From Bacillota bacterium (lineage in GTDB: Bacteria; Bacillota; Clostridia; Acetivibrionales; DSM-1351), in assembly GCA_023431385.1 (NCBI GenBank), contig JAEYWA010000153.1, positions 7,272 through 71,271 on the forward strand: a stretch of DNA of 64,000 bases, written 5' to 3'. A model generated the notes under the pieces. It ran no database searches, was not told where the DNA came from, and saw only the letters and a program-made list of their open reading frames with translations. The position numbers were made by a program, and so were the translations under genes. Positions 1-8,657 of this stretch are shown in pieces; the stretch's first letter is position 1; every line of letters starts with the position of its first letter.

Positions 1-166
1 ATTTCAACATTACAAAATATTCGTTCAGACTACTGATTTCAAGAAGTTCGGCACGTTTTTCAATTCTCTTTTGTACAAAATACTTCTTATTAATCTCATA
101 ATGAATTCCAGTTTTTTTGTAAATCAATTTTACAAACTTATCATATAATTCGTCTGTTAGTATCAT
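1..166 (-). CDS. cheR: CheR chemotaxis methyltransferase, N-terminal fragment; the gene continues past the left edge
   Basis: Not in the ORF track because it is truncated. Minus-strand translation from ATG 166..164 gives MILTDELYDKFVKLIYKKTGIHYEINKKYFVQKRIEKRAELLEISSLNEYFVMLK, which fits the CheR N-terminal helical domain pattern. Its start overlaps the stop of the HEAT gene as ATGA. Confidence 0.7.
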   Translation of the reverse strand, partial: MILTDELYDKFVKLIYKKTGIHYEINKKYFVQKRIEKRAELLEISSLNEYFVMLK

Positions 167-2082
167 CTTGCCACCTCTGTCTTCAGCAAGGCTTCTTTGG
201 CTGCTTCCCTCACCTCTTCGACCTGATCCTCCAATAATCCCTGCAAAACAGTATCTGCATTACTACTCCCGAACAAGCCCAATGACCTAACGGCTGCAAT
301 TCTTGTTAAGGTTTCCTGGCTGCCTGCAGCAGTAACTACAATATTAAATGCAATGTCACTTTGAAATTTATATAAGTTTGAAATAATGTCCATCCTGTTA
401 ACGGTATTTGATTCATTGTGATACAATTTCTCTAACAAATTCAGGCTTCTGACATCAGGTATTTTAATTAGAGCTTTTATTGCTTTTCTCCTGACCACAG
501 GAGACGGGTCGTTAATCATTGTATTCATAAAGCTAAAAAACTCTCCCTCTGAAGAGTACTCAACTATACTTATCAATCCGGCACGGACACCCTCATTTAT
601 ACTGTCCATCCTGGTATTAATGTGTTTCCAGCCATATACAGTGTTCAGTCTGAAGAGAGCTTCCAGAGCTTCCATACCTTCTTCTCCCGGATTACGCCCA
701 ACAATCTCTTCAAGCAATTCAAGGCTTATTTTTCCATTATATAAAACAAGCTTACGGACTACGGCTTTTCTTACTTTTTTGTTTGGGTGCTCCAGCTTCA
801 TCAGAAGAAAGTCAATATTCGGTGTCCCACTTGCACACTTGCTCTCAACAGAAGCAAGCTCTGCTTCTTCACTAAAGTCTGTCAGACTTTCAAGAAGGTG
901 TGAGTTATTATACGAAGTAATTTCAGCAACAATTCCTATAGCCTGACTAGACACATCTCTGTCTTGCGAGCTGCACAGTTTCTCAACAATAAAGTTAAAG
1001 CCCTCAATTTCTTTTTTGTATATAAGCCTTAATCCCATCAATATCAATTCAGGTTCCTTGCACTCCAGTAGTTCATTAATAAATGAAGGCGGAATACTGT
1101 CCAGCTTATACAAGAGATCACTGAGGTTTTCTATGAAGAACTCCTCTCCCTTGTTTAAATCATATATTTCTATAATGTGATGGAGGAAGAAATTCATCTG
1201 TAAATTAACAAAGGCATTTATCGAAACAAGTATATTCTCTGAATCCTTGTAGTCCCAATGCTCTCTGAAAAATCCTTTAATTTCTTCAAATTCACTTTCA
1301 GGGAGACTGAATATACTATTATTTACGATTAGGCTGCTTAACCCAAAGATCATGTTTTCATCACTAATACAAAAATTCTTTGAATATGTTTGAAGTATTC
1401 GGATAATATCTGGATATGATCCGATAGATCCTAATGATCTTACAAATGTATTCATTAAGATATTTTTTTCTACAGCAGAAACATTCATTGAAAATATTTT
1501 ATCTGCAATGACTTCTGATACTTCTTTTGTACCTAGACTTTCAAAAGTACTTAAAAGTGAGTTTATAACCCAGACACTGCTTGTGTCATTAAGCATATCC
1601 AGTAACTTACCTTCAGCCTCCTTGTATGCTTGCTCAGCAATAACTTCCAGAGCTGCTTCCACAACATTTTCATCCGAATCGTCCAAAGCCGAAAGTGCAA
1701 TTTCACAACTGTTTTTCCCCTTGATGTATTTAAGTGCATCCAATGAGAATTTTCGAATATTCCTATCTTTGTCGCACAACTTCATTTTTAGAGATGGTAA
1801 AGCCTTTTCATCTAATATAACCAGCAGCTCTATTGCTAAATTTCTTATGTAGGCATCATCTGAATAAAATAGATCAGTAACAAGTTCAGCAGTTCTTTCA
1901 AGTTTTACACGACTAATTTTCTTCGCAAGCTTCTCCTGCTTATATCTCTCCTTTTCTGTTGTAAGACAATGAATAAGAACCTCCATGTCCTGATTATTAT
2001 TTTCACCATCAAATCCCACAGCAAGTCTGTCAATAATAGTAGTTAGCTCCTGTCCGGCAAATATTTCTTCTCTATTCGTCAT
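163..2082 (-). CDS. HEAT/PBS-lyase-type repeat protein
   Basis: Repeated HEAT-like units: DKDRNIRKFSLDALKYI, DDSDENVVEAALEVI, HPNKKVRKAVVRKL, NDPSPVVRRKAIKAL, EDQVEEVREAAKEAL. The start is trimmed from 2241 to ATG 2082 (MTNREEIF). The longer ORF would overlap the upstream gene by 170 nt; the trimmed one overlaps by 11 nt. Confidence 0.7.
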   Translation of the reverse strand: MTNREEIFAGQELTTIIDRLAVGFDGENNNQDMEVLIHCLTTEKERYKQEKLAKKISRVKLERTAELVTDLFYSDDAYIRNLAIELLVILDEKALPSLKMKLCDKDRNIRKFSLDALKYIKGKNSCEIALSALDDSDENVVEAALEVIAEQAYKEAEGKLLDMLNDTSSVWVINSLLSTFESLGTKEVSEVIADKIFSMNVSAVEKNILMNTFVRSLGSIGSYPDIIRILQTYSKNFCISDENMIFGLSSLIVNNSIFSLPESEFEEIKGFFREHWDYKDSENILVSINAFVNLQMNFFLHHIIEIYDLNKGEEFFIENLSDLLYKLDSIPPSFINELLECKEPELILMGLRLIYKKEIEGFNFIVEKLCSSQDRDVSSQAIGIVAEITSYNNSHLLESLTDFSEEAELASVESKCASGTPNIDFLLMKLEHPNKKVRKAVVRKLVLYNGKISLELLEEIVGRNPGEEGMEALEALFRLNTVYGWKHINTRMDSINEGVRAGLISIVEYSSEGEFFSFMNTMINDPSPVVRRKAIKALIKIPDVRSLNLLEKLYHNESNTVNRMDIISNLYKFQSDIAFNIVVTAAGSQETLTRIAAVRSLGLFGSSNADTVLQGLLEDQVEEVREAAKEALLKTEVAR

Positions 2083-3280
2083 CAAATAACACTTCCTTTG
2101 CAACTTTAATAAGTTTCTGAAAGCATTCATCGGATCGAAATACTTCCCGAACCGCTTCCATTTCGTTTCTATAAACCTTAAATTCTTCAACAGCCCGGAT
2201 AGAATCAAAAATATTGGTAATCCTTCTATCGTATAGGCCACCCACTATGATTGACATCTCAATATTGTCTATTGATAATTGCCTCTTTAACTCTATTAAT
2301 TCCTTTATTTCGTTTTCATGAATAATAATCAATTGGCTGGTATCAATGAAAACCATCAAGGTTATTGCCTTTTTGACAGAGTTGACAAACGTCTTCATCT
2401 GATTAGTGAATCCATCCTTTTCCGGCCTAAAAGTTCTTATCAGGTATTTGCTAAATACCCCGTACAAGTCCTGAGTAATTGTGGTACATCTTGTACTATT
2501 TGCCCCTCCATTACTCAGATAAACGTCGTTACACTTTAATTTACTCCTGGATAAATCTACTACATTGATCCTTTCTATATAGATAATATCAAAGCAGGTA
2601 TACAGTTCAGTTTTCTCCATATCAGTACTTATGATAATATCCAGAGTTTTCATTTCGATATCAACTGAAGTATCTTTAAAATATTGATCGTCTACACTGG
2701 AATATGTAAGGGAACCGATTTCTTCAACATTTTTTAAAATCATCATGAAAACTGGAGATACCATTGGAGCATCCTCCTCAAGGAAAAAGGATATATAAAA
2801 CTTGTTTTTTCCTTTATTCCTTTGATTTAGGAGTGAAGCTACAAGTCCAACCTCAGTTTGTTCTACTACTGATTTTTCCTGCTTACTTTTGTTAGCTTTA
2901 ATAAGCCCCTCAATGGTATCACTAATTCTGTATGCAGCACTGTCCAGACTTTCCTTAAGTTCAAGGGAACATGTCCCACTTTTATTATCCAGCATCTTTT
3001 TAACGGTATCCAAGCCCTCAAAGCATGTCGAAACTATACTTTGGTCAAACAGAATATAACCATTCCTTGCGTAATCAAGCATATCCTCTATCTTATGCAT
3101 CAAGTTTCCGATATCATCAAATCCAATCACATGGGAAGAGCCTTTAATGGTATGTGCTATTCGAAACAATTCATTTATTTCTACAGAAGAGTATTCTTTT
3201 TCAAGCCTTATGATACAATCTTCCGCCTTTTGCATTAATTCATCGGCTTCTTCCGTGTAAGCCCGAAGCATAGCATCCAT
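2072..3280 (-). CDS. Orphan Hpt (CheA-P1-like) protein with an uncharacterised middle region and a STAS-like C-terminal region
   Basis: The N-terminus LFRIAHTIKGSSHVIGFDDIGNLMHKIEDMLD is the Hpt/P1 phospho-His motif (HxxKG). There is no dimerisation, HATPase or P5 domain. The C-terminal ~110 aa (ITLMVFIDTSQLIIIHENEIKELIELKRQLSIDNIEMSIIVGG...IRAVEEFKVYRNEMEAV) resemble a STAS fold by eye. The start is probably ATG 3280, with an AAAGGTGG Shine-Dalgarno sequence 7 nt upstream; GTG 3292 is the alternative. Confidence 0.65.
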   Translation of the reverse strand: MDAMLRAYTEEADELMQKAEDCIIRLEKEYSSVEINELFRIAHTIKGSSHVIGFDDIGNLMHKIEDMLDYARNGYILFDQSIVSTCFEGLDTVKKMLDNKSGTCSLELKESLDSAAYRISDTIEGLIKANKSKQEKSVVEQTEVGLVASLLNQRNKGKNKFYISFFLEEDAPMVSPVFMMILKNVEEIGSLTYSSVDDQYFKDTSVDIEMKTLDIIISTDMEKTELYTCFDIIYIERINVVDLSRSKLKCNDVYLSNGGANSTRCTTITQDLYGVFSKYLIRTFRPEKDGFTNQMKTFVNSVKKAITLMVFIDTSQLIIIHENEIKELIELKRQLSIDNIEMSIIVGGLYDRRITNIFDSIRAVEEFKVYRNEMEAVREVFRSDECFQKLIKVAKEVLFDDE

Positions 3281-3294
3281 AATAACTACCACCT

Positions 3295-3705
3295 TTACTT
3301 AACCATCTGTGTAATAGACTCTCTCCATCTCTCAAGCTTTTTGATTGAATAGTCAATAATTTGCATCACGTGTTCAACACTTTTAAAAGGTTTTAGAATA
3401 TAGTCATTGGCCCCAAATTCCAGTGAACTTAACGTTTTATCCATGGTGGAGTAACCTGTCATCATTATGACCTGGGTAAGCGCATCATAGCTTTTAATTT
3501 CTCTCAGCAGCTCAATACCATCCATTTCAGGCATTACAATATCAGTGAGTACAATATGGTATTTGTCTTTTTTAACTTTTTCAAGGGCTTCTACTGCACT
3601 TTGTGCTGTGTCTACTGTATAGCCATCCAATTTCAGGTGTTTTTTTAAAGTACCTACTATACCCTCTTCATCATCTACGATCAGTATTTTATATTTTTGC
3701 TTCAT
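3295..3705 (-). CDS. Single-domain response regulator (REC)
   Basis: KILIVDDEEGIV...HIVLTDIVMPEMDGIELLREIK...MMTGY...KPF are the canonical receiver motifs. No output domain. Confidence 0.9.
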   Translation of the reverse strand: MKQKYKILIVDDEEGIVGTLKKHLKLDGYTVDTAQSAVEALEKVKKDKYHIVLTDIVMPEMDGIELLREIKSYDALTQVIMMTGYSTMDKTLSSLEFGANDYILKPFKSVEHVMQIIDYSIKKLERWRESITQMVK

Positions 3706-3735
3706 AAGGGACCTCCATTATTTATATAAATTTAT

Positions 3736-4740
3736 TTACAATCTTAACTGATGTTCTGGTAAAGTAATAATAAACTCTGTGCCCTGATTTACTGTACTTT
3801 TGACCTGAATATCTCCACCGTGCTCCCGGATAATTCCATAGACGATGGACAGCCCCAGTCCAGTTCCTCCAGAGTCTTGATTTGTGGTAAAGAAGGGATT
3901 AAATATATTATTTAAGTTCTTCTCATCAATCCCACATCCATTATCACGTACACTAATGAGTAATTTACTTATCCCTTCTCTCATTACGCTTATTTCTACA
4001 AACCCTGCTTTGTTCAAATCGTCAGCTTTAATGGCTTTAATAGAATTCAAAAATAAATTAATAAAAATCTGTTCCAACTGCTGTCTGGATCCATAAATGA
4101 GAAACTGGTCTTTTTCAATGTTGCTCCTTAAGCTTACTTTGTTTCTCACGAATTCATTTTTTACAAGCTTGTAAGCTTCAGTTATACAACCATATAAATC
4201 AAATGCTTCGTAAGATACCTTTTCCTGCCTTACAAAAAACTTTAAACCGCTGATAATGTCCATTATTCTGTCAGTTCCCTTATACATGGATTCAAAGGTA
4301 TCTTTAAACTCTTCAACATACGGAGTAGCATCATCACTTATCAATAAACCGTTTTTCCACATTATATTCAAATACTTTTGAAGCAGCTCAATATTTGCTC
4401 TAATATAAGTAGTAGGATTATTAATCTCATGAGCTACACCTGCTACCAGTTGCCCCAAAGAGGCCATTTTGTCAGCCTGGATTAATGCTTGCTCCTGTAC
4501 CTTGATTTTCTCTACCTGTTCCCTATTTGATTTCTTCAATTTTTCAAGAAATTCGGTCTTTTGCTTATCATTTATCAAAAGCTCATTGCTATTTTTCTCA
4601 ATCTCCTGTAAAAGAGCGAGAACCCCGGTGTTGGTTTCTAATAACTCTTCTATTAGTCCCTTAACCTCTTTTTTAAGATTCTCATTTTCTTTTTGTAAAT
4701 TACAAAAAAGCAGGTAGTAAAGCATATGTTCTCCATTCAT
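3736..4740 (-). CDS. Cytoplasmic sensor histidine kinase (coiled-coil N-terminus, HisKA, HATPase_c)
   Basis: H-box LVAGVAHEINNPTTYI, N-box FINLFLNSIKA, G-boxes RDNGCGID and GGTGLGLSIV. No hydrophobic transmembrane segment. Confidence 0.9.
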   Translation of the reverse strand: MNGEHMLYYLLFCNLQKENENLKKEVKGLIEELLETNTGVLALLQEIEKNSNELLINDKQKTEFLEKLKKSNREQVEKIKVQEQALIQADKMASLGQLVAGVAHEINNPTTYIRANIELLQKYLNIMWKNGLLISDDATPYVEEFKDTFESMYKGTDRIMDIISGLKFFVRQEKVSYEAFDLYGCITEAYKLVKNEFVRNKVSLRSNIEKDQFLIYGSRQQLEQIFINLFLNSIKAIKADDLNKAGFVEISVMREGISKLLISVRDNGCGIDEKNLNNIFNPFFTTNQDSGGTGLGLSIVYGIIREHGGDIQVKSTVNQGTEFIITLPEHQLRL

Positions 4741-4751
4741 AGATTCACCAC

Positions 4752-5786
4752 TTACAGAACTGCGACTAAAATTGTCGCATCATCGTTATGTCTCTCATAC
4801 TCGTTAAAAACCATATTACATAATAGCGATGGGCTTTTCGCGACCCCTTCAGCGTAATTTTCAACTTCCCATTTTGAGGTTATGCCATCAGAACACAGTA
4901 CTAACATATCCCCGTTACTAAAAATGTGTCTTCTGGCTTTACAGCTTCCACTGTATGCTCCAACATAACCGTTATATGACAGCAGTTTCACTGTTGAACC
5001 TGCCGTTATATGCCTGCAATCAATATTACCAATGGATATCATTTCAAATTCATTTGTGAATTTGTATATTATAAATAGAGCTATTACCGCTCCTCGAGTA
5101 TTCTTCAAGGCAGTGTTTGTTTGTTTAATAATATCTTCAATAGAATTCTGTGTATTTTCTTCAATTATTTTTACTGCACGGCTGGCGGCTTCATGTGCTT
5201 CCATTCCATGACCCAATCCATCAACTACGGCAATAATATCCCTATCCTCAAAGTTCCTTATATAATAACAATCACCGTTCACTAAAAAGCCTGTATAGGG
5301 TCTGCTTATCACACTGACTTTTATTTCTGAACTACCTATTCCTGAGGTATCAGTTAATGCCATGCTCCATAGCCTAATTGTTAACGTCGTTTCCACCGGC
5401 ATCCCTTTTTTTATAACATTTTCAGTATTTGATCTAATCTCAAAAAAGTCACTAAAGCTATTTATTGTTCCAAATCCATCATCAATTGTTCCATTAATGG
5501 ATGCGCCATCTTTCTGCCCCTCATTAATGTCTTCTTTTCCTTGAACCTTATCCTCAGAAATGATTTCGATTCCAACCCTGTTGTCGGCAGTAATCTGAAA
5601 AAACCTGATCTTCCCATTTATAGATTTATGTTTAACAATATTACTGCAAAGTTCACTTATAACAATAGAAGTCTCTGTTATTTCCTTATTGGAAAACTTA
5701 AGCGATTTCATCATATCCGCTATTTGCCTTCTTATAAATCCAGTGTCATAAGTGCCCCGCACTTCATATTCGAAAATAAGGTTCAC
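4752..5786 (-). CDS. Fusion of an RsbW/RsbT-like HATPase domain and a PP2C (SpoIIE-type) phosphatase; RsbX/RsbU-position protein
   Basis: N-terminus ETSIVISELCSNIVKHKS (anti-sigma-kinase type HATPase). C-terminus GDCYYI...AVVDGLGHGMEAHEAAS...VLCSDGI...DDATILVAVL (PP2C metal-binding Asp motifs). It starts 4 nt after the rsbT stop. Confidence 0.8.
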   Translation of the reverse strand: MNLIFEYEVRGTYDTGFIRRQIADMMKSLKFSNKEITETSIVISELCSNIVKHKSINGKIRFFQITADNRVGIEIISEDKVQGKEDINEGQKDGASINGTIDDGFGTINSFSDFFEIRSNTENVIKKGMPVETTLTIRLWSMALTDTSGIGSSEIKVSVISRPYTGFLVNGDCYYIRNFEDRDIIAVVDGLGHGMEAHEAASRAVKIIEENTQNSIEDIIKQTNTALKNTRGAVIALFIIYKFTNEFEMISIGNIDCRHITAGSTVKLLSYNGYVGAYSGSCKARRHIFSNGDMLVLCSDGITSKWEVENYAEGVAKSPSLLCNMVFNEYERHNDDATILVAVL

Positions 5787-5790
5787 CTCC

Positions 5791-6237
5791 TTAAAGCCAC
5801 TTCTTGATTATAATTTTTGTTCCCTTGTCTGTTTGTGAAGTAATGCTGAAATCATCCATTAGTCTTTTGCTTCCCGGAAGTCCCAGACCCATTCCCTTAC
5901 CTGTAGTAAAACCTTCCTCCATGGCTTTATCAATATCCGGGATTCCAGGACCCTTATCCTCAAAGGTAATCATTATGCCGCGTTTTGTGTCACTGGATAC
6001 ATCCTCAATAATGACACAACCGGTTGAAGCATATACATAAATGTTCCTTGACAGTTCACTGACAGCAGTAATAATCCTTGTCTGGTCTGTTATACTAAAA
6101 TTCATGTTCCTTGCTGCTTCGCGCGCTCGTTGCCTGGCTGTCACGATATCCTTTTCATCTTTTATGTGGATTTCAAATAATTTCAATTTATTCCACTCCC
6201 TATTCCAGGTCTTCAGCACATATTTCTTCAAATCCAC
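5791..6237 (-). CDS. rsbT: RsbT-like stressosome serine kinase / switch protein
   Basis: ARQRAREAARNMNF...AVSELSRNIYVYA...FEDKGPGIPDID...GKGMGLGLPGSKRLMD. Small HATPase of the RsbT type, directly after rsbS. The GTG start at 6237 overlaps the rsbS 3' end, so the exact start is uncertain. Confidence 0.8.
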   Translation of the reverse strand: MDLKKYVLKTWNREWNKLKLFEIHIKDEKDIVTARQRAREAARNMNFSITDQTRIITAVSELSRNIYVYASTGCVIIEDVSSDTKRGIMITFEDKGPGIPDIDKAMEEGFTTGKGMGLGLPGSKRLMDDFSITSQTDKGTKIIIKKWL

Positions 6238-6595
6238 TGGCTTTTACATGATCTTCAAGTATTTTAATCCCTATATCAGCATTTAACGCAATTTCTACAC
6301 CCTGAATATCCAGTCCTAACTCTTCCAGGGTTATGGCAACGTGTGGCTTCATACCGGTTAACACGGCTTTTGCCCCTAAAAGCTGTACCATTTTTACCGT
6401 TTCGGAAATAACCCTTCCCAGATAGGAATCGATAATGTCCAGCAGAGAAATGTTAAGAAGTACTCCCTTGGCACCAGTTTCATATATCTTGTCAAGAATA
6501 CTCTGCTGAAGCGACAGAGCCATATTGTCATTAATATCTCCCTGAAGAGAGACTATCAATATTTTATTCATTAAAATCATAGGGATACTGTCCAT
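6200..6595 (-). CDS. rsbS: RsbS-like single-STAS stressosome scaffold
   Basis: ILIVSLQGDINDNMALSLQQSIL...GVLLNISLLDIIDSYLGRV...LLGAKAVLTGMKPHVAITLEELG. STAS domain with the conserved D-S phospho-site context. Confidence 0.85.
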   Translation of the reverse strand: MDSIPMILMNKILIVSLQGDINDNMALSLQQSILDKIYETGAKGVLLNISLLDIIDSYLGRVISETVKMVQLLGAKAVLTGMKPHVAITLEELGLDIQGVEIALNADIGIKILEDHVKASGFEEICAEDLE

Positions 6596-6618
6596 TTTTA
6601 ATGCTCCATTCCATTTAG

Positions 6619-7482
6619 TTACTTTACCAGCCTGACGGCCTTAAATCCTGCCATCTCCATAGCCAGCTTTATACCATCGGCCATCACTGCTCTGGTGGTA
6701 ATACAAGACAGATCTACTCCGAGATGAACCATGGTTTGAGCAATCACAGGACTGATTCCGGTAATAATTAGCTCCGCTCCAAGGAGCTTTGTGGCACTAG
6801 CTGTTTTCAATAAATGATTTGCCACCAGTGTATCCACGGTAGGGATCCTGGTTATATCAACTATTGCAACCTTTGACGAAGTAGAAACAATCATTTCCAG
6901 TAGCTTTTCCATGATCATCTGTATTCTTTTACTGTCCAGAGTACCAATCAAGGGTATGGCTAAAATCCTTTCCCAGACCTGTATTATAGGTGCAGATAAT
7001 TCAACCATGTCCTGTTGCTGACGGATGATAATTTTTTCACGTTCTCTAACATACATATCGAAAGTATATAAACCCATTCTGTCCAAAATTTCTGAGATTC
7101 TGAAAGCTTCTCTGCTTAAGTTTAGATAGTCAGCGTAGCCGATTTTACTAAGCTCATCGAATATTATCTTTTTCAAAGAAAATATGAAAGTGCTGACTTC
7201 TACCTGGTTCAATCCTTTAGCTACCGCAATTTTGGAGTAGTCATCCAGATTTTTTTTCGCATCGCTTAGTTCCGGTACCCTCAAAGAAAGGTCCCCTTCG
7301 TACTCAATCAGCATTAAAAATGTATGAATAATCTTATTACACAGGCTGGCTACTTCACTTTCGGTAAACAATTCATTTATATTAAGTGACTTGTTTTGGA
7401 TAGTATCAATCCAAATGCCAGCTAGGTCATCCTTTATCTGAAATAGAATTTCATTAGTTTTACTGATAGTTGAATTATTCAT
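6619..7482 (-). CDS. rsbR: RsbR-like stressosome sensor (N-terminal helical sensor domain plus C-terminal STAS)
   Basis: The C-terminus ELSAPIIQVWERILAIPLIGTLDSKRIQMIMEKLLE...VAIVDITRIPTVDTLVANHLL...GAELIITGISPVIAQTMVHLG is the RsbR STAS signature, including the VDT phospho-site. The ~150-aa N-terminal helical domain is consistent with an RsbR_N (globin-like) fold. Confidence 0.85.
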   Translation of the reverse strand: MNNSTISKTNEILFQIKDDLAGIWIDTIQNKSLNINELFTESEVASLCNKIIHTFLMLIEYEGDLSLRVPELSDAKKNLDDYSKIAVAKGLNQVEVSTFIFSLKKIIFDELSKIGYADYLNLSREAFRISEILDRMGLYTFDMYVREREKIIIRQQQDMVELSAPIIQVWERILAIPLIGTLDSKRIQMIMEKLLEMIVSTSSKVAIVDITRIPTVDTLVANHLLKTASATKLLGAELIITGISPVIAQTMVHLGVDLSCITTRAVMADGIKLAMEMAGFKAVRLVK

Positions 7483-7490
7483 ATGTCCTC

Positions 7491-8585
7491 CTATTTTCTT
7501 ACCGCTTTTGTTATGGCATCCGCTATTCTATAAGAAGGTACTACTATTTCTGCACCACCTCTTTCTATAGCTTCTCTTGGCATACCGAAAACCACTGCAG
7601 TGGACTCATCCTCAGCAATGGTCACACCGCCTGCTTTTCTTATTTTTACCATAGCGTCAGCCCCGTCGTCACCCATACCCGTCATAAGAACTCCAATAAC
7701 GTTCGGCCCTCCGAAAGTATCCAGTACAGACTCCATTGTTACATTTACAGAGGGCATAAAAACTGTTTTAGGACTACTGGGAAGCCTTATTATTCCACCT
7801 TCTCCGCGTACTACCAACTGGTATCCTCCTGGTGCCAGAAATCCCCTTCCATTATGCAGAACATCTCCAGCTTCCGCTTCTTTTACAGGAATCCGACATG
7901 CGGCATTCAGCCTTTTTGAAAAGGATGACGTAAATGATGGCGGCATGTGTTGAATAATTATTACCGCCGCTTTCAAGTCGTGCGGAAGCATAGGAAGCAC
8001 TTCCATAAGAGTACCCGGTCCACCGGTAGAAATACCTATAACCACCACCTTTGTTAATTCACTGCCCTTCTGCGGTCTCCTCGTTTTGAGAGGTTCTGCT
8101 ATCCTGGGTGACAAATAATTGCTACGTCTTGCTACTCTATCTCTAATATTTTTTTTGTTTACACTTTTATAAGCCAGCTTAACCTTTTGTATGATTTCTC
8201 TTCCTACTACGTGCAGATTGGAGGAAACAGTTCCTGATGGCTTTGTGACATAATCAAAAGCCCCCAACTCCAATGCCTCAAAGGTGGTCAATGCTCCTTC
8301 TGCAGTGAGTGAGCTTATCATCAGAACAGGGGTTTCTGGATACTCACTCAATATGTATTGCAAGGAAGTTAATCCATCCATCACAGGCATGTTGATATCC
8401 ATTGTAACTACATCCGGTTTTAAATCCTGCACTTTTTCAATTGCATCCTGTCCGTCTCTGGCTGTTCCCACCACCTCAAGACCTGAATCAGTCATGATTA
8501 TTTCCTTAATGGACTTTCGCATTAAAGCAGAATCATCTACAATCAGTACTTTTATTTTTTCGCTCACAAAACTCACCTGCCGCAT
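7491..8585 (-). CDS. cheB: CheB protein-glutamate methylesterase (REC plus methylesterase)
   Basis: KVLIVDDSALMRK...VVTMDINMPVMDGL (REC); VVIGISTGGPGTL, IIQHMPP, MTGMGDDGA (Ser-His-Asp esterase motifs). The start could instead be GTG 8567, preceded by AGGTGA. Confidence 0.9.
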   Translation of the reverse strand: MRQVSFVSEKIKVLIVDDSALMRKSIKEIIMTDSGLEVVGTARDGQDAIEKVQDLKPDVVTMDINMPVMDGLTSLQYILSEYPETPVLMISSLTAEGALTTFEALELGAFDYVTKPSGTVSSNLHVVGREIIQKVKLAYKSVNKKNIRDRVARRSNYLSPRIAEPLKTRRPQKGSELTKVVVIGISTGGPGTLMEVLPMLPHDLKAAVIIIQHMPPSFTSSFSKRLNAACRIPVKEAEAGDVLHNGRGFLAPGGYQLVVRGEGGIIRLPSSPKTVFMPSVNVTMESVLDTFGGPNVIGVLMTGMGDDGADAMVKIRKAGGVTIAEDESTAVVFGMPREAIERGGAEIVVPSYRIADAITKAVRK

Positions 8586-8657
8586 TTTTCAAAATTATAG
8601 CTAACCCATGGAGCATAGACCATAAGCCCCATGGGTAATGCCTGTAACATCCTGAAT

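Noticed and set aside
2083-2241. A 53-aa N-terminal extension of the HEAT-repeat ORF
   Set aside because: It would overlap the upstream Hpt gene by 170 nt. The internal ATG at 2082 gives an 11-nt overlap typical of coupled genes. Similar trimming was applied at 3280, 12853, 25261, 27183, 33396, 33858, 42137, 44303, 51124 and 57220.
8604-8636. A hairpin, ACCCATGG-N17-CCATGGGT, between the triple-cheW gene and cheB
   Set aside because: It has an 8-bp stem built on the self-complementary CCATGG, a large loop and no U-tract. This is not convincing as a terminator, and I treat the operon as continuous.
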